Source of the DNA: Nevskiaceae bacterium | GTDB lineage: Bacteria > Pseudomonadota > Gammaproteobacteria > Nevskiales > Nevskiaceae | DNA length: 64,000 bases | Assembly: GCA_036379455.1 (NCBI GenBank) | Contig: DASVGQ010000054.1 | Span: 277 to 64,276 of the forward strand | Direction: 5' to 3' | In this document: positions 58,096 to 64,000 of the stretch, piece after piece | Layout of the letters: every line of letters begins with the position of its first letter | Numbering within the stretch: the stretch's first letter is position 1 | Notes under the pieces: model-generated | What the model saw: the letters and a program-made list of their open reading frames with translations, nothing else | Databases searched by the model: none | What the model was told of the DNA's origin: nothing | Translations under genes and position numbers: made by a program

Positions 58096-58668
58096 ATGGG
58101 CTTGGTCGCGGTCCTGCTATTGACGCTCGCTGTGTCCGGCTGTGGCTACAACCGCCTGCAGGCGCAGGATGACGCGGTCGGCGCGCGCTGGACCGCGCTG
58201 CTGACGCAGTACCGGCAGCGGGCCGCGCAGGCCGCCGAACTCGAACAGATGGTGGCGCGCTTCCAGGCGCGCCGTGACGCGACGTCAGGCGATCTGGCCC
58301 AGGCGCGCGCGCGCATCGCCGCTATGCATGCGGGTGTCGCGCTGCCGGACGACTCCGTCGCCTTCCGCCGTTTCGAGGCGGCGCAGCGGGCGCTGGGCTC
58401 CGCCCTCGACCGGCTGCTGGCGCGGTCCTCGCGCGTCCCCGGACTCGCGGCAGATACTCGTTTCCATGCCCTGCGGGCATCGATTCTGAGCGGCGACGCG
58501 CAGCTGGCGGCGGCGCGCCGGGGCTACGACGCCGCGGTGCAAAGCTACAACGCGAGCGTCACGCGCTTTTCCGATCGCTTCACGGCCCGGACCTTCGGCT
58601 TTGCGCGCAAGCCCGGCCTCGAGATCGAGGCTGTGCACGCGGAACGCGGGGATCACGACGCGCGCTGA
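58096..58668 (+). CDS. lemA: LemA family lipoprotein
   Basis: ATG at 58096. Lipobox LAVSGC followed by GYNRLQAQDDAVGARW, the LemA N-terminal signature. About 190 aa. Confidence 0.75.
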   Translation: MGLVAVLLLTLAVSGCGYNRLQAQDDAVGARWTALLTQYRQRAAQAAELEQMVARFQARRDATSGDLAQARARIAAMHAGVALPDDSVAFRRFEAAQRALGSALDRLLARSSRVPGLAADTRFHALRASILSGDAQLAAARRGYDAAVQSYNASVTRFSDRFTARTFGFARKPGLEIEAVHAERGDHDAR

Positions 58669-58728
58669 ACCGCGTATCGTGTCGGGCGTGCGCATCGGAA
58701 CGCGAAGGATGACAGTGGCGGGCGACCT

Positions 58729-59931
58729 GTGGAAGGCGTGAGCGTGGCGCCAGAAGACGCCGCGCGAGGCGCCGTCGCGGACGCGCTGCCGCTGGCCCTC
58801 TATGTGCACTTCCCGTGGTGTGTGCGCAAGTGTCCCTACTGCGACTTCAATTCGCACATGCTGCGCGGCGAGCTGCCCGAGGATGCCTACGTCGACGCGC
58901 TGGCGCGCGATCTGGATTTCGAGCTGCGCGAGGCGCCGGATCCGCGGCCGCTGACATCGATCTTCTTCGGCGGTGGCACGCCGAGCCTGTTCTCCGACCG
59001 CGGCATCGGCCGCGTGCTGGACGTGGTTTCGCAACGGATGCCGCTTGCGCCGGACGTCGAGGTCACGCTGGAGGCCAACCCGGGGACGGTCGATGCTGGG
59101 CATTTCCGCGGCTATCACGCGGCCGGCGTGAACCGCCTGTCGATCGGTGTGCAGAGCTTCGACGATGTCCAGCTCAAGCGCCTCGGTCGCATCCACGACG
59201 CGGCGCAGGCGCGGCGCGCGGTGGAGGTCGCGCGCGGAGCGGGTTTTGACAACCTCAACATCGACCTGATGTTCGCGCTCCCGAGGCAACGCGTGGCCGA
59301 TGCCGAGGGCGACCTGCGCGCGGCGCTGGCCTGCGCGCCTCAGCACATCTCGTGGTACCAGCTCACGATCGAACCGCACACCGCCTTTGCCGCGCGGCCG
59401 CCGAAGCTGCCCGACAACGACGCGGCGTGGGACATCCAGCAGGCCGGACAGGCGCTGCTCGCCGACGCCGGCTATGCGCAGTACGAGGTGTCCGCCTACG
59501 CGCGCGCCGGCCACCGCTGCCGCCATAACCTCAACTACTGGCACTTCGGCGATTACCTGGCGATCGGCGCTGGGGGCCACGGCAAGCGCAGCTTTGGCAG
59601 TCCGCGGGGCCTGCGCGTCGTGCGCCGCGCGCGCTGCCGTCTGCCGAATGCCTATCAGCAGCGAGCGGGCAGTTCCGCCGCGCTCGACGAGGACCGCGTG
59701 GTCGAGGTGCGCGACCTGCCCTTCGAGTACACGATGAACGCGCTGCGTCTCAACATGGGCTTTGAGGTGGACGAATTCGAGGTGCGCACGGGCCTGCCCG
59801 GCGCTGCGCTGGAACCGGCGTTGGGAGAAGCGAGGCGCCTCGGTCTCGTGACGCATGAGGCCGGGCACGTGCGCCCGACGGCGTTTGGCCGGGCCCACCT
59901 CAACGATCTCATGGAGCTCTTCCTGCCGTGA
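58729..59931 (+). CDS. hemW: Radical SAM heme chaperone HemW (coproporphyrinogen III oxidase-like)
   Basis: LYVHFPWCVRKCPYCDFNS radical SAM CxxxCxxC, FFGGGTPS, C-terminal HemN_C-like region. GTG start at 58729. Confidence 0.88.
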   Translation: MEGVSVAPEDAARGAVADALPLALYVHFPWCVRKCPYCDFNSHMLRGELPEDAYVDALARDLDFELREAPDPRPLTSIFFGGGTPSLFSDRGIGRVLDVVSQRMPLAPDVEVTLEANPGTVDAGHFRGYHAAGVNRLSIGVQSFDDVQLKRLGRIHDAAQARRAVEVARGAGFDNLNIDLMFALPRQRVADAEGDLRAALACAPQHISWYQLTIEPHTAFAARPPKLPDNDAAWDIQQAGQALLADAGYAQYEVSAYARAGHRCRHNLNYWHFGDYLAIGAGGHGKRSFGSPRGLRVVRRARCRLPNAYQQRAGSSAALDEDRVVEVRDLPFEYTMNALRLNMGFEVDEFEVRTGLPGAALEPALGEARRLGLVTHEAGHVRPTAFGRAHLNDLMELFLP

Positions 59932-60061
59932 GCTGATCCGCAGCCGGGACGGTGGCACCGGGATCGTCTTGCCGCGCGGTGCAGCGCGCGGCGAAACTTG
60001 CGAATGGTTAAGGTCTGCGCGCCGGCACGGGTGCATCGTGATGCAACAACGGAGTCCTTCA

Positions 60062-60871
60062 ATGAATCCGAATCTGCGCTGGGACATGGCGGATACGCCG
60101 TGGGGCGAGCTGCAGGCGGAGCGGGTCGTCGACAACGACGCGTTGCGCTACATGGTGTGCGTGGCGTCCTTCGTCGAGATCACGACCGACCTCTACACCC
60201 GCAACCTGATCGAGAAATTCGCGGATGACGCGATCGTCTCCGCGTGGCTGCGCGACGAGTGGGAGCCGCAGGAGATGCAGCACGGGCAATCGCTGCGCGA
60301 GTACATCCGGCACGTCTGGCCGGACTTCGAGTGGGATCGCGTCTACCGCGATTTCCTCGCGGAATTCTCGCGCTACGCGGCGCCGGAATTCCTGCTGCCG
60401 GAACGCAGCCTGGAAATGGTCAGCCGCTGCGTCGTCGAGATGGGCACCTCCAGCTATTACACGGCGCTGCACCGCGCGACCGACGAGCCGGTGCTGTGCT
60501 GGTTGACGAAGCGCATCTACCAGGACGAGATCTCCCACTACAAGTATTTCCTGCGCTACTTCCACCGCTACCGGGAGCAGGACGGCGTCACCCGGCGCCA
60601 GGTGGCGTGGACGCTGTTCCAGCGGCTGCGGATGATCGACGGCGAGGATTCGCACACGTCGATCAAGTACGTCCACGGCGCACTGCACCCGGATCAACCG
60701 TGGAACGATCGCGTGTACCGGCAGATCGTGCGGCGCTGCCGGAAGGTGGCTTCGCCGTATGTGCCGCACCGCATGTCGGCGAAGATGCTGCTGCGGCCGC
60801 TCGATATCACGCCGCTGGCGCAGCGGGTGCTGGAGCCGGCGCTGGCAGGCGTGGCGCGGCTGGTCGCCTAG
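60062..60871 (+). CDS. Ferritin-like diiron-carboxylate protein (acyl-ACP desaturase-like)
   Basis: ATG at 60062. Ligand pattern E...ExxH...E...ExxH (SFVEITT, EPQEMQHG, VVEMGT, QDEISHYKYF). Confidence 0.7.
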   Translation: MNPNLRWDMADTPWGELQAERVVDNDALRYMVCVASFVEITTDLYTRNLIEKFADDAIVSAWLRDEWEPQEMQHGQSLREYIRHVWPDFEWDRVYRDFLAEFSRYAAPEFLLPERSLEMVSRCVVEMGTSSYYTALHRATDEPVLCWLTKRIYQDEISHYKYFLRYFHRYREQDGVTRRQVAWTLFQRLRMIDGEDSHTSIKYVHGALHPDQPWNDRVYRQIVRRCRKVASPYVPHRMSAKMLLRPLDITPLAQRVLEPALAGVARLVA

Positions 60872-61482
60872 CCGGCGACATCCGCGGCGGGCAGCGGCGC
60901 GCCCAGCGCGCGGCACAGCTTGCGCAGCGCCTGTCCCCGATGGCTCAGGCGGTCCTTCGTGGCCGGGTCCAGCTCCGCGGCGGTGGCCTCGAGTTCGGGG
61001 ATCCAGAACAGCGGGTCGTAGCCGAAGCCGTCGCGCCCGCGCGGCGCGGTCAGGATCTCCCCGTTCCAGGCGCCGAAGGCGACGAGTGGGGTCGGGTCGT
61101 TGGCGCGGCGCAGATAGACGATGACGCACACGAAGCGCGCCCGCCGCCGCGGCGCCGGCACGCGTTCCAGCGCGTGCAGCAGCTTGGCGTTGTTCGCGTC
61201 ATCGCTGGCGTGCTCGCCGGCGTAGCGCGCAGAGTGCACGCCCGGAGCGCCGCCGAGCACATCCACCTCCAGGCCGGAATCGTCCGCCAGCGCCGGGTGT
61301 CCCGAGACCCGGCAGGCGTGCCGAGCCTTGAGCAGCGCGTTCTCGACGAAGGTCGGCGCGGGCTCGGCCACCGGCAGCGCGTCGTAGTCGTCGATCGCCG
61401 ACAGCCGCCAGCCGAGCGGCTGCAGCAGGTGGCGGAATTCACGCAGCTTGCCGGCGTTGCGGCTGGCGAGCACGACGTCCAC
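60868..61482 (-). CDS. rdgB: dITP/XTP pyrophosphatase (Ham1/RdgB family)
   Basis: GTG at 61482 (VDVVLASRNAGKLREF). ADDSGLEVDVLGGAPGVHSARY, GFGYDPLF, SHRG. Directly downstream of rph. The rest of track ORF 60868..62088 overlaps rph in another frame. Confidence 0.9.
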   Translation of the reverse strand: MDVVLASRNAGKLREFRHLLQPLGWRLSAIDDYDALPVAEPAPTFVENALLKARHACRVSGHPALADDSGLEVDVLGGAPGVHSARYAGEHASDDANNAKLLHALERVPAPRRRARFVCVIVYLRRANDPTPLVAFGAWNGEILTAPRGRDGFGYDPLFWIPELEATAAELDPATKDRLSHRGQALRKLCRALGAPLPAADVAG

Positions 61483-61490
61483 GAGGTGCC

Positions 61491-62213
61491 CTATTCGTCG
61501 AGCGCTTCGCGCTGGCAGCGCTGCAACGCCTCGATGCCGTGGCCCGCCAGCGCCAGCAGTTCGTCGAGCTCGCTGCGACGCAGCGCGTGCCCCTCCGCCG
61601 TTCCCTGGATCTCGATGTACTGGGCCGCGTCGTTCATCACGACGTTCATGTCGGTTTCGCAGGTCGAGTCTTCGGCGTAGTCGAGGTCGAGCACCGCGCG
61701 GCCGGCGTGGATGCCCACGGAGACGGCGGCGACCTGGCCGTGCAGCGGGTTCTTGCGGATCTGGCCGCGCGCCAGCAGCGTGTGGACCGCGTCGACCACC
61801 GCCACGTAGCCGCCGGTGATGGCCGCCGTGCGCGTTCCGCCGTCGGCCTGCAGCACGTCGCAGTCGACGGTAATCGTCAGGCCGGCGATCGCGTCGAGGT
61901 CCAGCACCGCGCGCAGGGAGCGGCCGATGAGCCGCTGGATCTCCTGGCTGCGTCCGCTCTGGCGGCCCTGCGCGGCCTCGCGGCGCCCGCGCGTGTGCGT
62001 TGCGCGCGGCAGCATGCCGTACTCCGCCGTCAGCCAGCCGCTGTCGTGGCGCCACGCCGGAACCCGGGTCTCGACGCTCGCCGTGCACAGCACTTCTGTG
62101 TTTCCGCAGCTGATGAGGGCGGAACCTTCGGCGTAGCGGTTGCAGTGGCGACGGATGGAGATCGCGCGCAGCTGGTCGGGCGCGCGGCCGGATGGACGGG
62201 CGGGAGCATTCAT
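61491..62213 (-). CDS. rph: Ribonuclease PH
   Basis: 240 aa. [43 protein letters not shown]. Confidence 0.95.
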   Translation of the reverse strand: MNAPARPSGRAPDQLRAISIRRHCNRYAEGSALISCGNTEVLCTASVETRVPAWRHDSGWLTAEYGMLPRATHTRGRREAAQGRQSGRSQEIQRLIGRSLRAVLDLDAIAGLTITVDCDVLQADGGTRTAAITGGYVAVVDAVHTLLARGQIRKNPLHGQVAAVSVGIHAGRAVLDLDYAEDSTCETDMNVVMNDAAQYIEIQGTAEGHALRRSELDELLALAGHGIEALQRCQREALDE

Positions 62214-62315
62214 GGAGAGGCGGGAAGCAGTCGGGGCGAGGCAGTATAAGTCGCGAGCCTGCGATTGACCGTCATCACCGCCGCTTCGGCCGGCCGTGGT
62301 GCAGCGAGTTGCATG

Positions 62316-62359
62316 GCGTCAACTATTTTGTCCGGTCAGCGTCAATCATTCTGTCCGGT
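62316..62359. repeat. Two tandem 21-nt imperfect direct repeats at the IS21 terminus
   Basis: GCGTCAACTATTTTGTCCGGT (62316-62336) and GCGTCAATCATTCTGTCCGGT (62339-62359) match at 18/21 positions with a 23-nt period. Likely IstA binding sites. Confidence 0.7.
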
Positions 62360-62392
62360 GGCAGTCGCTGGAAATTGCTGACTGTGATGTGG

Positions 62393-63160
62393 TCAGTGGC
62401 TGGTGATCACCTCCTGCTGCTGCCGGGCGTGGGCACGTTTGCGGTAGCTTTCGCCGCTGAGTTCGAAGACCTGGGCGTGATGGATGAGGCGGTCGATGGC
62501 GGCGACCGCCATCATGTCGTCGGGAAAGACGCGGTTCCACGCTGAAAATGGCAGGTTGGACGTGATGAGCAGGCTGCCGGCTTCGTAGCGGTGGGCGATG
62601 AGTTCGAAGAGCACAGATGTCTCGGACTCGGAGCGTTTCACATAGCCGATGTCGTCGATGACGAGCAGCGCGTATTTGTCGAGCTTGGTGAGCGCGTCGG
62701 CCAGATGAAGTTCCTGCCTGGCGGCCTGGAGCAGCTGGACGAGCTCGCAGGCGGCCGTGTAGCGCACCCGCAGACCCTGATCCACCAAGGCGTGACCGAG
62801 TGCCGCTGCTACATGGCTCTTGCCCACACCGGAAGGCCCGAAGAGAAGGATGTTCTGGGCGGATTCGACCCACGTCGTTTCCGTCGCCAGCGCGCTGAGG
62901 GTGGCACGGTCCACGCCGGTGGAGGCCTGGAAGTCAAACTGCTCGAGGGTCTTGGCCGCCGGCAGGCGGGATTCGTTGCGATAGCGTGCCAGGCGCCTGC
63001 GTTCGCGCTCGGCGAGCTCGTATTCGCACAGGGTGGCGAGTACCTGAGGCGTGCTCCAGCCTTGCGTAGTGGCGCGCTCGCTGACTTCCTGCCAGCAGGC
63101 GGCGATGGTCGGCAGCCGCAGCTGATGCAGCAGCACGGGCAGCGCGGCGGCGTCAGCCAT
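62393..63160 (-). CDS. istB: IS21 family transposition helper ATPase IstB
   Basis: ATG at 63160 overlapping the istA stop by 8 nt. Walker A GPSGVGKSH, Walker B LLVIDDIGY, LITSN. 255 aa. Confidence 0.92.
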   Translation of the reverse strand: MADAAALPVLLHQLRLPTIAACWQEVSERATTQGWSTPQVLATLCEYELAERERRRLARYRNESRLPAAKTLEQFDFQASTGVDRATLSALATETTWVESAQNILLFGPSGVGKSHVAAALGHALVDQGLRVRYTAACELVQLLQAARQELHLADALTKLDKYALLVIDDIGYVKRSESETSVLFELIAHRYEAGSLLITSNLPFSAWNRVFPDDMMAVAAIDRLIHHAQVFELSGESYRKRAHARQQQEVITSH

Positions 63161-64000
63161 GACACACCTCCGGGGCCAGCCCATGGGCCGGCAGCAAGGC
63201 GTCGTAGTCTGCCAACGCATGCTGCGGAGTGACGATGACCGGGGCTGGCCGGTTATCGGGAGCGAAGCGGGCCTGCAGCTCGGCGAGCGTCGGGCACCTC
63301 CCCTCGTCGAGGGCCGCCAGCCACCAGGCGCCCAACGCGGATGCACAGTCGCGGTCCGCCGCGAGCCGCAGTGCGGCCACGACGCGCTTGCAGGCGGGTC
63401 GCACGCCCAGCTGCCGGACCAGACGTGGGTAGACGGCGCGCCACGACGCGTCCGGCAATAGCTCGTCGCGAAACGCCAGACCTGCCAAAGCGCCCGGCTT
63501 GCGCGCCAGCCAGCCGATGATGTGCCGGTAATCGATGCATCGTACATACGGATGTGTCGGAGTGGGCCGCAGCCGGGTCAGCGTCAGCAGCTTCTGCCCG
63601 CCGTGATACAGCACCAGCCGATCGTCGTGAACGTGGACCCTCAGACGTTCCCCGATCAGCCGGGCCGGCACGCTGTAGAGCACGTGCTTGAGCGCGAAGG
63701 TGCTCGAGCTCGTGACCCGCACCACGGCTTCGGTGTAATCGACCCCGCGTCGGCACGGCAACGGCTTGAGCTCGGCGCGCTCCGCCGCGATGCGTCGCGC
63801 GTTGCGACGATTGAGGCTGGCGGCAATGTCGTCGAGAAACGTCTGATAGGCGGCCACGTCCGCGAAATCGGCCGAGTCCCGCAGCGACAGCCGCTGGCGG
63901 ATGCGCCGCTTGAGTGGACGATGGGAGGCTTCGATGCTGCCGTTCTCATGCGCGACGCCGGGATTGTTGCGCGTGGCCTGCATGCCGTAGTGCGCGCACA
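63153..64000 (-). CDS. istA: IS21 family transposase IstA, C-terminal part (5' end beyond window)
   Basis: The reading frame is open to the window edge (...CAHYGMQATRNNPGVAHENGSIEASHRPLKRR...). It sits immediately upstream of and overlaps istB, the IS21 gene pair arrangement. Confidence 0.85.
   Translation of the reverse strand, partial: CAHYGMQATRNNPGVAHENGSIEASHRPLKRRIRQRLSLRDSADFADVAAYQTFLDDIAASLNRRNARRIAAERAELKPLPCRRGVDYTEAVVRVTSSSTFALKHVLYSVPARLIGERLRVHVHDDRLVLYHGGQKLLTLTRLRPTPTHPYVRCIDYRHIIGWLARKPGALAGLAFRDELLPDASWRAVYPRLVRQLGVRPACKRVVAALRLAADRDCASALGAWWLAALDEGRCPTLAELQARFAPDNRPAPVIVTPQHALADYDALLPAHGLAPEVCHG

Larger units (their letters stand above)
62310..64000 (-). mobile_element. 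IS21 family insertion sequence, partial (istB-proximal end inside window, istA end outside)
   Basis: istA-istB pair plus two 21-nt imperfect direct repeats in the 80 bp downstream of istB, the multi-repeat terminus typical of IS21-family ends. The boundary at about 62310 (a TG dinucleotide just outside the outer repeat) is an estimate. Confidence 0.8.

Noticed and set aside
1-64000. Search for tRNA, rRNA, tmRNA, SRP RNA, CRISPR repeats, retron/DGR reverse transcriptases, restriction-modification, toxin-antitoxin pairs or other defence modules.
   Set aside because: I found no T-loop (GTTCGAATC-like) or SRP/tmRNA signatures in any spacer, and no regularly spaced repeats. The only nucleic-acid enzymes are housekeeping (RecG, RdgC, RNase PH, RdgB) or IS21 IstA/IstB. 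Small genes under 60 aa are not in the ORF track and were checked only in the spacers, so tiny ORFs inside or overlapping annotated genes could be missed.

Overview
High-GC (roughly two-thirds G+C by eye) proteobacterial chromosome, gamma/beta-like in gene order (rpmB-rpmG, gmk-rpoZ-spoT-ridA-recG, ftsY-ftsE-ftsX-rpoH). About 60 protein genes are supported. I found no tRNA, rRNA or CRISPR array and no recognisable phage-defence or toxin-antitoxin module. The window splits into four parts. (1) 1-1.8 kb holds ribosomal proteins L28/L33, two monoheme c4-type cytochromes and a DUF4124 protein. (2) 2.3-22.9 kb is an accessory aromatic/N-heterocycle catabolic island. It carries two paralogous SDRs, an FMO-like monooxygenase, an indolepyruvate-ferredoxin-oxidoreductase-like 2-oxoacid oxidoreductase split into two ORFs and coupled to a phthalate-dioxygenase-reductase-type protein, a cyclase/kynurenine-formamidase-family hydrolase, an isochorismatase-like hydrolase, Rieske dioxygenase alpha/beta, an orphan solute-binding protein and an AraC regulator. 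It ends in an operon shaped like the aerobic 2-aminobenzoyl-CoA pathway (fused FAD-monooxygenase/OYE-reductase plus beta-oxidation-type enzymes) that has no CoA ligase. (3) 23-62 kb is housekeeping: rdgC, gmk-rpoZ-spoT-ridA-recG, ubiA, an aa3 cytochrome oxidase cluster, rpoH-ftsXEY, hemL, thiE, mtgA, gor, tkt, exbBD-tonB, gap-pgk, hemW, rdgB-rph. (4) From about 62.3 kb to the window end lies a partial IS21-family element. The best candidate for something undescribed is the island. Its parts fit an indole-ring route (indole or indole-3-acetate to isatin to isatinate to 2-aminobenzoyl-CoA), with the IOR-like enzyme rather than a ligase making the thioester. This is inference from domain content and gene order only. 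Secondary observations: the oxidase cluster lacks cox11 and keeps only a frameshifted, truncated ctaB stub; an AT-rich spacer carries a perfect DnaA box; a Fur-like box precedes exbB; IS21 sits about 100 bp upstream of rph. Many long ORFs in the track are antisense artefacts of high GC. The track also shows GTG/TTG starts as M, so several starts were re-chosen and remain approximate.
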